NCBI RefSeq assembly: GCF_006345805.1 | Contig: NC_043012.1 | Location: 20,336,001-20,400,000, forward strand | DNA: 64,000 bases | Source of the DNA: Octopus sinensis | Taxonomy: Eukaryota | Direction: 5' to 3' | Shown here: positions 35,700 to 48,943 of the stretch, in pieces | How the letters are laid out: each line of letters opens with the position of its first letter | How positions within the stretch are numbered: position 1 is the stretch's first letter | Program-made: the position numbers and the translations under genes | The notes under the pieces: model-generated | Database searches by the model: none | What the model saw: the letters and a program-made list of their open reading frames with translations, nothing else | Told to the model about the DNA's origin: nothing

Positions 35700-37800
35700 A
35701 CGCTATAGGTAAGATACTGAGTGGCCTAAATGTAATAACCACAGTAAGTGTTAAATATGTGTCTCTAGGATTCAGCATCATCAAAGCAAGGAGTAACGAG
35801 AGAACCTACAAAAACAAAATCTGTAAGGCTACCAAAACAGAGCATCTGCGTCACAAGCTGAGAAGCCTCGTGTAACAGTATGAAGGAATCAATGAAGAAC
35901 AACACTAACCATTTGTAAATCTGTAAGAATTACAGTAGGAATTCATCAATCTTCGCAGAGCTGATTTCTCAGAAGGCGATGTAGGGAAACGGCCAAAAAA
36001 TATAAATTTCATTTCCAACCTTTCTTGCTTTACTAAAAAGCTTCAAAGAGACAAGCGTATTGGCGGTCTTGACTGCTTTGTCTGTGCTCCTCCGCCCAGC
36101 GGAGTAAGGTAAAGTCATTATAAACATTGTTCTACATTTCTTCAACAACTATGAAAGTTGTAGAAAATGATCTGGTGGAGAAGAGTTCCAACAAATGACT
36201 GAGTTCCGTGTGTACTTGGCTCACTAAGGAGCAGTTCAGGACTGCATCACTAGACAAGATTCTTTTCTACTCTTAGCACATGGCCCGAAATTTTGGGGGA
36301 CCGTCCAGTCAATTAGATATACCCCAGTATGCAACTGGTACCTAATTTATCGACCCCCGAAAGGATGAAATGCAAAATCGATTCGGCGGAATTTGAACTC
36401 AGAACATAAAGACAGACCAAAAAGCGCTAATCATTTCGCCCGGCGCGCTAACGTTTCTACCAGCTAGCCGCCTTATATCACTAGTCAGCATTGAAGAAAG
36501 GAAGTTTACCGTATCATGTTCTGTACCCTACCAAAGTTCTTCCTGGAGAGTAAGTACATTTGCCTATCAGTGCATTATGTTGGCATCCCCGTTAGACCTA
36601 GATGTATGGGACATACTACGGCAGTCACATAATATTTAGGAGAAACAATCAAAAGCGATATAAAATTTCCGGTTGCGTAGATTGAAATCGTAAACGCCCA
36701 AGGTTCAATCCTACACTCGCTGGTATAAGAGGCATTTTGAGGATATTGTTTTTCCAGAAACCTCTTGCTATTTCCACATGGCAGTTACTTCTAGATCTAA
36801 AAGATCAGACTGATACAAAGAAGAAAAACGGATTATCATTGGTTACACTATTTCGTTCGTGTATTTTTGCGCTGATAATGACCATAGAGGACGAATCAGT
36901 AAGTACTGAGTTCCAAGGACCCTCAGACAACACCAAGAAGAATCTGGAAGATATGACTGTAGCAGCTGGTTGAAAGAGTGTGATAAATCCGAGTTTTCCA
37001 GCTGTTTCAATGTCTGATTACACCCACGTTTTGCCATCATGGCATCTTATTATGGTTTTGTGGTGCCCTAGGAAGATTTTTATACGTAAGCTAAGGAAAC
37101 ATCGAAAGAGACTATTATAATTTTTTGATGACGTGAATTAAATTGCGAAGGAATCTAATCGGTATCGCTCAATATGCATCCCTTTCAGCACTATTTGAAA
37201 AGGATTTGGAAGTGATACATAAATAGAAGCCATGCAGCATAGGATATGAGGGACGTGAGGGTACTAAACTATCTGCAAATATAGTGAAGTTTACAAAAGT
37301 AGAAAGGGGAGAAATTCCAATCAGAGAAACGTTTGAGAATTAATTGAGGAGTTAAGTTTTCACTTTTGATTACTTCTCAGACGGCCAGATATGTGAAAAA
37401 AAGAAACGAGAGACGACACTTCTAAGAATTAGTTCAAGCTAGTGCTGAAAAAGTATGCGGGTGGGATACACCCAACGTGGTGGTACAATATACAATAGTG
37501 GAAAATCATATGTTGTAATATGTGTCATGCTGACATCGGATTCATCTGCAAAGATGTCTACAACACCTTATCACGTCTGACACTATTTTACACATGGAGC
37601 AGGAATAAGGGCCTCTTCCATCCTCGATATACTGAAACAAGGTTCATTAATCTCCCTTGTAGCTGCCGTAACCGATGGCGCTAAGACTGATAACATACCA
37701 TGGAAATCAAAGCGGTCGCAGATGTAATAACAACATACATTCTTTACAGAAAACCCCCCGAAAAAGCTGGAGAAATATCCTTGTAACTAGTTCCTCAAGG
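35700..37800 (+). mobile_element. Very old RTE-like LINE relic (EN and RT traces), interrupted by a SINE
   Basis: Scattered motifs in the expected order: IGGLDCFV, KDQTDTKK.NGLSLVTL, TLRQHQEESGR, KKETRDDTSKN*FKLVL (cf. KGVRQGDTISPKLF), HADIGFI (cf. FADDIVLI). Confidence 0.4.
36262..36476 (-). mobile_element. SINE family B with degenerate 16-bp TSD
   Basis: Family B core present. ATCACTAGACAAGATT (36246-36261) vs ATCACTAGTCAGCATT (36477-36492), 13/16 identical. Confidence 0.92.
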
Positions 37801-39936
37801 ACAAAGACAGTGCCTACATTGTACAGCTATGGTAATTCAATAAAGATTGGATAGCGTTGTGTAACTAAACCTCCTAGAAAAAATACACACGTTTTCTCTC
37901 CCTCGTAGTGCCTCGCACTCCCTTTCTTTTCTTTTCTCCCCCCTCTCTCTCCACTTCTTAAAATTTAAGTCCATTTCTTCAACGTATATCTTGACGTAGT
38001 CATAGTTCACTTACTTGTTACTTTAAGGAACTGACGGCACGCAGCGACTGGTTGTGTTTTCCGTTACTTAGAGTAAGTTATAGCGGGGGATGTCTTTTAC
38101 TACAACTTATATGTATATCGTTACGTTTATGTAGTTATTATAAGATTATAAATGTTTTGAATGAATAAGATAGATGGAAAAATCAGAGGTGAAGAAACTC
38201 TTTGTATTGTTAAATTTACTCTTTCTACGTTTTCAGATCAAATCATATCAGATCCGACTTTAACTCTTATTCCTTCGGCGCCAGCATTTATACTCGCTTT
38301 GTGCTAATTTAGAAACCTCTACTTATGCGTATGTTTGAAACATATGCAAATCATACTTCCATTACAAATGTCAGTTTTCGGTGACACTAACGCTTGTTAT
38401 AATCATGCTTGTAGTATTAGTTTTACAATGTGTGATGAAGTAATTCCCTTTACAGCAACGCTAGATTACATTCATGTACAACTAATTCATGAATTAGGAA
38501 TTATTAGAGCACCGACTTCATAATTATTGTGCAAAACAATATACGTGACTATACGTGACAGGTTTGATCTTTTGGTATCCTCTTATATTTATCTTTGCGT
38601 TTAGTATTCCATTATTATATGAAACAAAGTTGTTCATGACACTGCAGCGCTTGTTTACAAGCATTTTCTAACATTTACAATTGGCATATATAAAATGGTG
38701 CATGATTATTCTCTTCTTTTATGTATTCGAGCTGGTCCTATTCTGTTGATATAGAACGAGACATTTACTTGTAGCGCCATATTATTTCTTCGATTATAGC
38801 CTAGACTTCAATTCATGTATTGGATATATTTGAATTCAGTTACCTGCCTTGTGTTATAAAGATTTTCTACCTTGAATGTTGACATATGTGAAACTAGGCC
38901 ATCGAACATTTTATGCGTATGAAGGCATCAATGCTTTGTAACTGATCAGTGTTCAGATTTAACAGATCAACATCTCGATGACGGCCATATTTCTTTAATA
39001 CTTCTCACGCAAACCATTCATCAGTTTGTAGTTTTGTTCTGATTTTGTCATAAGGTTACCAGCAGCTCTTCTAACATAGGTTCATGGACAAAACTGGGGA
39101 AATATAAATGAACGAGATAGTAATATAAATATATTGTTACTAGCATCAAACCCAACTATTGAATAGGACACTTGAAAAATAATGGCTTCTACTAAAGTAC
39201 TCCAATATCCAGGTGGTGATTTTAAACCAGGGAATAGAATAAGTCTAGAAAATTATATTGATCATAGCATATTTTCTCTAACCGAAGAGTTTGCATAGAT
39301 ATTAATTTTCTCTAGAGCCACCATTCTCATTTCATTGTGCGAAATTAAGACAAACACGGATATCTATGATATTTATTCTTTTCATAACGGACATGAACTT
39401 TGCATTGCTCTCACTGCAGGCAGAACTTAATAGAAACACTGATAGTTTACATGACCTATAAGGTAGTTTAAAACAATTATCAGTATCACTTTCAGGACAA
39501 GCTGATATCTTTCAAGCAATCATAAATGTGAATTTAGCTCCAGAACTTGTCTGATACAAACAATGCATTTGCAAACGCATATATTTTTGACCTTTTGATT
39601 ATAAAATTTTCCTTGATTGTTATTTAGTTACAATTACGCACATACGCTCACACGCACTTATAGATATATAGATAGATAGAGAGAGAGAGATTATGTCGCC
39701 TGTTGCTTATGATCATTATCTTCATTTTCAATGTTTTTCAAGGAGACATTTACCATCAATACTTAGCAATTTATATGAGCTTTCAGCTTTTTCGATTTAG
39801 ATCATTTGTAGAGCATGTGTCAAATTTCCTGGCGATTTTTTTTACGTCCCTTTACGATGTATTTGCTACGTCATCATGTAGATGATAGTAGCAGAAACTC
39901 ACCGCTCGGGTGGCTTTTCTATTGGTTAATGTTGTG

Positions 39937-40147
<211 letters not shown>

Positions 40148-40226
40148 GGATCATATCTTTCTATGTTATACCTCCTGCCCAATATATCGGTAATGAAATT
40201 TTTTAAATAGGTCAAAATCTATATAA

Positions 40227-41884
40227 CACTGTACAACACATTTCATGGTCAAGAAGAAAATTTACATGGTTCACATGTAAATTCTGTTACAAAGTTCATA
40301 GTGCTAAATTCGAATTTTATAACAAGAATTTTCCATCACAACACATTTTCTTATAAATTACCAAATTAATAACTATTCGGTTTATACCAATTTCCACGAT
40401 AAAATAAATTCATTTTGCTACCAAAGTCAGATTATATATGTTCATTGTAATTAATTCATAAATATATAATGAATCGATATGTTTGTTAGCATTATATAAT
40501 GTTTTGTCAGGTTCCAGCAGAAGTCAGCCAGCATAGCTGGATTTCAATTTCGTTTATACCTGTTTCCCATTGACGCTATAGCTATAGCTTGATGCAACCG
40601 TTCTCAATGTTCGTCACTCACATCCCCAGCATTCTCCAGTAAGAAGGACAGATGAGAATTAAGAAAGTGTATCTTCAGTAACATATTCCATCCGAGATCT
40701 TGGTAGCACTTGATTAGGCTCCCCACTATTCTCTGTCGCTGGACCACTTGGTGCTTTCCCGGAAGTCCATTACATACATTTTTATATGCATGCCAGGCCG
40801 CTAGCTCAGATTCATCCATTATCGACTCGAAGTCCTCATCAACAATAGAATGACGAATTTGAGGGCCTACGAATATGCGCTCTTTAATCTTAGCATCTCT
40901 TATTTTAGAGAAGATTGCCTTCAGATACAGGCAACATGGCTTGTTATGTTGCAGTGCTTTGGTAAATTACTTCATTAGGACTAGTTTTATATGTAGTGGT
41001 AGCAAAATGATTTTCTCCTTCTTAACTAGTAGCTCATGATTTAAATTATGGCACTTACAAAGGAAGTCACTTAAACTTGGTGTATCCAGGTTGTAGCCCA
41101 TTAAGTAGGGCTACTATTTTCAAGTCTGTACAAATTAGCCTCTCATGTACCTTGTAACTTATGCGATATAGAAGAAAAGCGTGGTTCTCATATGTCCCCT
41201 TTAAAATGACTGAGTGAGCAACTGGAACTGAAGGCATGGTGTTCCTAATGTGTAACTGAACCATTTTTATTCTGTAAAGGGGTGCATATATGAATAATCT
41301 CCACTCATTTGGTTCGTAGGTCAGCTCAAGTGCATTGAATAGGTCTCTGATATCATTACAATAAATCACGTGGTTTTCCCAAAGTGAAGAATTGTTGGAG
41401 ATCTGCAGAACGCTTCCTAAATACTGTAATTCGAGTATCTTTATCTAACAGGTTCCATTATTGCAGGCGTGAGACCAGTACTTCACACTGCTGCTTAGAA
41501 ATCTTAAATCACGAACTAGATCATTGAGTTCAGGTTGGGTTATGAGGTGTGATTCCTTTGTCAGATTTACCACATATTTGGACCCATGTAACTATAAAAA
41601 TGTTGAGTGCACGTTTATCAATTTCATAGGTTATGTTGACAAATATTTTAGGAACACGCCATTAAAAATTATATCAAAATCCGTTCTTAACATTTAGAGT
41701 TGTCAGTTCCGGCCCAATACTGTTTGCACGGAAACATCGGTGTATTTATCGTAAATAAGATTATAATTTACAAGATACTGAAGGTCACAATAAACCACAG
41801 TCCTTATATGCGTGATCTACAAACAAAATACTCCTAGAAGTGTTTTTTCTCATTTCCATTTTTTTTTGTCATTGTTATACAGTG
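40227..41884 (-). mobile_element. Chapaev3 (CMC superfamily) DNA transposon, internally deleted, with TIRs and TSD
   Basis: TIRs CACTGTACAACA (40227-40238) and TGTTATACAGTG (41873-41884; reverse complement CACTGTATAACA). TAA on both sides (40224-40226, 41885-41887). Transposase relic inside. Confidence 0.88.
40510..41590 (-). pseudogene. Chapaev3-type transposase pseudogene lacking its N-terminus
   Basis: HLITQPELNDLVRDL; RLQ*WNLL; YCNDIRDLFNALELTYEPNEWRLFI..PSVPVAHS..DLKIVALLNGLQPGYTKF; LGWNMLLKIHFLNSHLSFLLENAGDVSDEH; ERLHQ..RY..AMLADFCWNL. Confidence 0.88.
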
Positions 41885-42275
41885 TAATTAAATAGAAAAG
41901 AGAAACAGATAAATTAGAGAAATACCTGAAACGCTTTATTAGAGAATCAGAGAAATATAGAAATCATTTTAAGGCACGTAACAATCTTTAAAATTCAGTG
42001 TAATGTGCAAGTATATTGGTTGTCATGCACCCACCCGTTCAGTGTTTGCTGCATTGATATCTCACCAGTTGTTAATGTGATAATCATGGATCTCCTGAAT
42101 GTTCAGCTGAATGTTGCATGTACTGAAAACAGTTCAGCTTTATTTTAATGATACAGATCAGCGATCGTTATAATGAAATTTTGTAGACATTTGAAATGCG
42201 ATATCTGTAGTGTCTGTAACGAAACTCCTCGTTGTTCCTTTTCATTGAACATCGCAGTGATGACAGATAAAACAG

Positions 42276-42740
42276 TCAAGCATTGGTCGTAATAACACAG
42301 TTTTGCTATGGCTGCAATGAAGCTGCTCCATATTGATTATAAAGAATCCTTAGGTGTCTTTGTAATAACATGACTCGGTTAAGTTCTTAATGACGCAACT
42401 TAGTGTTTGCTTCAATACTGAAACTGCCGTTTTGATTTTACTAAAATACACTAATGTGTTTAATGTATCACTTTTTCTAAATACAATCTTAGTTGTTTTA
42501 TAAAAGATCAGTTAGTTGCAGTATTGAAACAGCTAAGTTCTAACTATTAGTGTATTTTAGTAAAATCAAAACGGCAGTTTCAGTATTGAAGCACTAACTT
42601 GCGTCATTAAGAACGTATTCGAGACATGTCATTACAAAGACACCTAAGGATTCTTTATAATCAATATGGAGCAGCTTCACTCCATCATAGCTAAACTATG
42701 TTATTACGACCAATGCTTGAAACAGCTAAGTTCTAACTAT
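42276..42740. repeat. Inverted repeat (arms 42276-42455 and 42546-42720, ~90% identical); right arm flanked by a 24-bp direct repeat
   Basis: Arms aligned by eye with perfect blocks of about 49 and 47 bp. TTGAAACAGCTAAGTTCTAACTAT at 42524-42547 and 42717-42740. Confidence 0.95.
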
Positions 42741-43129
42741 AAGGAATAAATTCCGTTATAGTTGAAATAATTAAGTGATGGTTGCAAAAACACAATTTCT
42801 GCATTTCTTAAAATGACGTAAGGGGTTCATGTCTTTGCTCTGGTGTTTAAGCGAGAAGTCGATTCTCTTGTGCGTTGCAGATGCTGGCTAGTATTTCCCG
42901 CGTTGCAGAATGACACTAGTATTTGTCTTAGTTTAAACATATATGCAGATATGTAGTTTAGTTTGGGGTCTTGTAGTTTTCTAACGCGATTTCCCCTTCT
43001 CGTTGTTTGTTGTATTTTGGATACATACCTTTATACACAGATGTATACGTTGGGAAACATTCCGTATTATAGCAGCACGTATTATAGCAGCACGTATTTA
43101 AAATGCTATCACGCGCTTACAGAAAAGCA

Positions 43130-43330
43130 TTAGACAGCAACGTTAGTAAGCCGAACAAAATGCTTAGCAGCATTTCGTCCGTCTTTATGTTCTGATATTT
43201 AATTCCGCCGAGGTGGATTTACCTCTGATCCTTTTGCAGTCGAAAAAATAAGTACCTGTTGAAACCTAGGAGTCGGTGTATTTGATTTACCCCTCCCCCG
43301 AAATTACTGGCCTTGTACCAAAAATTTAAA
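43130..43330 (+). mobile_element. SINE family B
   Basis: AACGTTAG..GCCGAACAAAATGCTTAGCAGCATTTCGTCCGTCTTTATGTTCTG..AATTCCGCCGAGGT. Confidence 0.8.
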
Positions 43331-43369
43331 CCTTAATATAATATAATACTTACTCCAGAACGGCCAACC

Positions 43370-43500
43370 TGGGCAATCGCATACGGCAGATGAAATGTTA
43401 TAGCTGCATTTCGTCCGATTTGCATTATAATGTTTAAATTCCGTCGAGACTGACTTTGCGTCTCATCTTTTCGTGGTCAATAAAAAATCTTAAAGCCAAT
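43370..43500 (+). mobile_element. SINE family B, degenerate
   Basis: GCATTTCGTCCG...AAATTCCGTCGAGACTGACTTTGCGTCTCATCTTTTCGTGGTCAATAAAA. Confidence 0.65.
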
Positions 43501-43569
43501 CACTAAGTTCGATATAATCAACTTCTCTTTCATCTTAAATCCTGCTGGATCTTGTGCCAATATTCGATA

Positions 43570-43790
43570 TTATTTAAAACATTTTGCCAATTCACCACTT
43601 GGAGAATCATAAGCATACCAGATAAAAATACCGAGCGGCATTTCGTTAGTTCTGGCATTCACTTTTCAAATTCCGCTGAACTCGACTTTGCCTTTCATCC
43701 TTTCGCAGTCGATAAAATATCTATCGAGCACAGGGGTTGATGTTATCGACTGGCTTTCCTCTCTCACAGATTCAGGCCATGCATGTGTAG
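43570..43790 (+). mobile_element. SINE family B
   Basis: CAAATTCCGCTGAACTCGACTTTGCCTTTCATCCTTTCGCAGTCGATAAAAT. Confidence 0.8.
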
Positions 43791-44007
43791 TAGAACTTAT
43801 TATCTACCACATTTTTGCATTTTAGATCTCACCAAGGTATAGCCAGAACGCGTACACACACATACACACACACAAACACACACACTTGTATATAGGTATT
43901 TAACTATATGCATGTATTGATACATGTATGATCCAGAGAGTTCCCTGTACAATTCGTTCCTCATGAGCATCAAACATCGAATAGATTAAATACACATGCA
44001 TATAGAG

Positions 44008-44043
<36 letters not shown>

Positions 44044-44821
44044 ACACACATATATATTTACATACATACGTACGTACATACATACATATACAAATACATA
44101 CATACGAACGTACACACAGCGGTGATGCGTGCAAGCATATATTCTATCTCTATAGTTTGATGATTGTGATCCCTACCAGAATTTGAGATGGTAAAACTAA
44201 CAGAAAAATACATAGTTTTAATGAGATTCTGTGGAGATACATTCTCGAGATTGTAGATTAGGGTTGTATTGATGTTAATTATAATCACAGAGTAAATGTC
44301 AGAACATTCTCTTCACTCGCGGCTTGGTTTTTCGTAACTCTCTTAAAAAAGATCCATATCTTTAAATTCCATTTTGCAGATATAAATAATAAATGAGTGG
44401 AAACGGAAACGGTGAGTGTGTCAGATAATATGGCATTGCAGATATATGTTTGAAACCTAATAATCCGAAACCCTTCCTAAACTTTATTTCTAAATGTTAA
44501 AAATTGATCTTAAAATAAGACAATGGAAACGCGTTTCAGCAAAATTTCATCAGACAATGTGCATTTTGTAAAAAACAAATATAAGAGAAGGAAGACTTGT
44601 ACGATACTTTAAAAAAAAAGAAAAGAAAAGTAATGAAGATAAGCGTTATTTATTTATTTCATAACTTTTATATAAATTTGCAAAATATATTCAGACAACA
44701 TATCAGCCAAGAGATACTAGGTTCAGATTTCCAGCTGGATGATCGGAAACTTTGAAATTGGGGTGCTGGGATTATGAGCTTTATGAATATTAACGAATAC
44801 TCTATATCTATATACTTACAG

Positions 44822-44828
44822 ACACAGA

Positions 44829-44870
<42 letters not shown>

Positions 44871-44885
44871 CACACACACACACAC

Positions 44886-44916
<31 letters not shown>

Positions 44917-44970
44917 TATATATATATATATATAATATATATATATATACATACATACATACATACATAC
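44822..44970. repeat. (CA)n-(AT)n-(ATAC)n compound microsatellite
   Basis: Read directly. Confidence 0.95.
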
Positions 44971-45439
44971 TGCTTGGGATATTTGAACCCGCAACCGACC
45001 ATGTTTGAGACCGCATTATAGGATCTGTGAAAAGTTTGTGGTCCTTACGTGTCCTACACAGTGAAGAAAAATCGTTGTTGAATGCTAAGAAATTTTGTGC
45101 TGTCTTTGCGCTGGACTATGTTGCACCATATTCTCGGGAAAACAATAGGGAGGGGTTGAAAACGCGTTAATTTTTTTATACATATTTTCTAGAATAAAAC
45201 AAGGTTTATTTTTGTATCATGGTAGGTAAATATTTCTGTTACATTTCTACATATATGAAAGTAATATATAGTAATAACAAATGTTTTCAGATAGCAGTTT
45301 TACTATAAAAATAATAGTGTTTTTACAAATAGAGTTTTACACACAAACACATATTCACGCACACTCACATACGCACACGCAATCACTTACGCACATACAC
45401 GCACTCACACAGAAACTCAGAGAATCACATGTTACTGAA

Positions 45440-46002
45440 GAGTTTTCGCATAAACACTTGTAACATATGTCCTACATTACATGTTAGGTCTTGTTATAGC
45501 TAAAAATAAATTTGCCACAAAAGAAATAAAACACAATTTACGGACACATTTTTGCCGACGAAAGTCTGAAAGTTACGGTTTTTATTCTACGGTCTTTTTT
45601 AGAAAATGGGTTGTTAAAACAATGTGGTTTAATTATATAAAGCCATTTCGATTAGGTTATTTCCAAGACAAAGGATAGAAATTTTACCACGTGTGTTTTA
45701 TGCAGCTCATGTTCAGTTACGAATTATACAGAGAAAAGTGACTGAAGAATTTTCTTTTAAGAGGGAAGAATATTTAATTAAAAAAATATCAGATGAAATG
45801 ATTAACTGACAGTTTCTGTTGTTCAATTAAAAAAGGTGCATTTTCTATTCCAAGGAAGTGTGAAATCATTTTGTTTTTGTAGCTGTTGTCGCTAATGTAA
45901 GTCATCGGAGTGGTACAACTGCTCGTGTTTAAATTGTGTGAGTTCAATATACAGAGAGGTATGTACACACAAAGGCACATACACACAGACATACAAACCC
46001 GC

Positions 46003-46068
<66 letters not shown>

Positions 46069-46515
46069 TCACACTCTGCTCTGCACCCACCTATTCATAA
46101 ATACATATATATATTCAAACGAATTACGCAAGAAGAAAATTGTATTCCGAAAGGAAAATCCACTTTTTGTAATTGAAGAACGGAATCTTTTAATCATTTC
46201 ATCTGATATATTAAATTGAATATTCTTCCCTCTTAAAAGAATCTCCTCGGTCTCTTTTTAGTAACAGAACATAAGCGGTGCACCCTTTGTCTTGGAAATG
46301 ACATAAGAGAAAGGGATATCTATAATTAAGTGACGCTATTTTAACGCCACATTTTCCAAAAAGCCTTTAAAATTTCCTTTAAATCCCTCATAATATCACC
46401 GACAGCAAAACTCTGTCCGTAAAATGTGATTTAACTTCTGCTTCAAAATCACTCTTGCATACAACATGACCTAAAATTTATTTCCTAAAGCATTTTTATA
46501 CGAAAACTTTTTTAT
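45440..46515. repeat. Long diverged inverted repeat (foldback): arms ~45440-45850 and ~46147-46515, ~300-bp loop with (AT)n
   Basis: Perfect reverse-complement blocks 45659-45674/46284-46299 (16 bp), 45753-45774/46219-46240 (22 bp) and 45786-45804/46191-46209 (19 bp). Collinear weaker matches extend outward. Confidence 0.88.
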
Positions 46516-48681
46516 ATGAACACATTTTTTGAACGCTATTTTATTTTCTATATTATGTAATTCTCCCTTTGTATGTGTGTATGTGCGCGCACAGCGCGTC
46601 TTTGTGGGTAATACTCAGCTTCTAAAAGCATACTCTCTTACTTTCACAGTAAAACTATTATTTAAAGATCGAATATGTACCACATTTAATTTTCACTTCT
46701 CCACAATGTATAGTATGCAAGTCTGCATCGGTAAATTTCTAAATTTCCGAACGAATTTCACGTTTATTATATTTCGATGTTCTTCTCTTTCCTTTTCCTA
46801 AAGCTCAATATAAAAAAGGAGAAAATGTTTAAGTATTCTGTAAAAATCTAAAATATTTTAAACACACCTTCCATTTAAGTGTAAAAAATTAATTTGGAAA
46901 GATTTTTTTTTTTGTCAAATATGAATATTTTCAATACTATACAAGAATTAATTCTTCACAAAAGTAATAAATTTTGGCATTCATAATTTTAAACTGTTTT
47001 ACTGAGCAATAGATTTAATTCTGGCGAAAAACAGTTTTAAATCTAGATTCACTGAAGAAAAGAAAATGTTGAAGATTTAATTTAAATGTAAACTTTTTCT
47101 TAAATTCAATTACTGATTAAAGAGAAATTGTTTGTTAAAATAATGAATCAACATCTTTGAAAATTCACTTATAATTGTGATTTGCTGAAACTATGCAATA
47201 GCAGATGGCCACCTTTTGCGTGGTGCCATTACTTTTCGAAAGCGTGATAATTGTAAATAAATGATATTCAGTATGATTTCGTATTTTACATGAGAGCTAA
47301 AGCTCCGTGGGCCATATGTATTTTCTCATAACGATGGAGCAGTTATAGTTTCCAGCTCTTTGAATCGGTAAACGAACTAGAGGTTTCTAACCGAAATTTT
47401 CTGTGAATCGATAACATTATTAGCGAAATTTCTAGCCGATATAGTATGATAAAAGTCTATTTCAACCAATTGAATAATCATATACTTTACAAACACGTAA
47501 GAGGCACTGCTTGAACCGGTGAATTTACATTCTATGATCTTAGATTTAAAAATAAGTATAATATCACGCAACCTAAACTAGACACAATAGTCATTGGTAG
47601 AGTTGTTTCCACTGCTCTTATTAGATGTGGTGATTCTTCATGGATGCATTTTGACTGTGCTTATACTTGCCTATAGGGCGTTTGCGGATAAAAACACCAA
47701 TTTCGACACAGCAATTCGAAATGATAATGGAATGACGTAAAAATTATTCATAATTTCCTAACAGGAAATCTTTTATTTTAATCATATATTCATTCACAGT
47801 TTTACATAAAACAAATGCATTTAAAAAAGAGTGAAAATCAAATATTTTGTTATAAATATTTTGTTCATTTAATAATTTCAATAATATTCACATCAAGGCT
47901 TTCCAGTAAAGCGAAATTTAATTTATAATGTTCTCTCTGCATTTTCACACTGACTCCCTGTTTTTAAATTAATTGTTACTTAAGATTTGAATACATAATA
48001 TACCATACAATTTTTGCCGTGTTTAGATACGGGTACAGAATCGTTCAAAGTGAAGTGTCTTCGAATAAAGCAATATTGAGAATATGCCAGAGGATTATCA
48101 ATGAGTTTAAAGATTTTTTTTTATATTATAAAACATTTAATATAAGGTTTGTAGAATTTTCTCGTAGAATATGATTTGTCCAGCAGAAATATTATGAACG
48201 CTGCTCTCTATACAATTATATCGCTACATGCACATCCTTTATGTTCTGCTAAGGTTCTAGAAAGGAAACAATGCGCAATCTCCTTACAGATTACCGAGTC
48301 TACAGTCAACACTCTTAAGCTAATATGACATTTCTAACAGGTACCATTCTTCCGATAAGTGTTGCAGGTGTTTTTGATCCGACCACACTCAGACACCCTC
48401 CTCATTTCTCGCACCACTTGATCCAGCAGCATATCGAGCAAGTGTTAACTGGAGGAAAAGGGCCGCACCACAACTGGAATGATATTCATTTTCAGGCGAG
48501 TAAACTCGAACAATGTAAAATGAAGCACGTTCCCCTCAAGAAGAATCAAACCAAACAAAATTCTGGTCGTGAGTTCTTTTGATTGAAAATATGAAGTCAT
48601 AGCCCCACGGTATTGGTTTGGATCAAACGCCACCTCAATCGGGATTCCATTGTTGCTATGCCATAGAAACACGCTCCAAAT

Positions 48682-48932
48682 CACGGCAATACATATATAC
48701 ATACATGCATACATACATACATACATACATAAATACATACATACATACATACATACATACATACATACATACATACATACATACATACATACATACATAC
48801 ATACATACATACATACATACATACATACATAAATACATACATACATACATACATACATACATACATACATACATACATACATACATACATACATACATAC
48901 ATACATACATACATACATACATACATACGTAC
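48682..48932. repeat. ~250-bp nearly pure (TACA)n microsatellite
   Basis: Read directly; explains ORFs 48445-48959. Confidence 0.98.
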
Positions 48933-48943
48933 ATGCGTGCATA

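Noticed and set aside
43063-43098. 15-bp tandem duplication CGTATTATAGCAGCA x2
   Set aside because: Ordinary slippage duplication.
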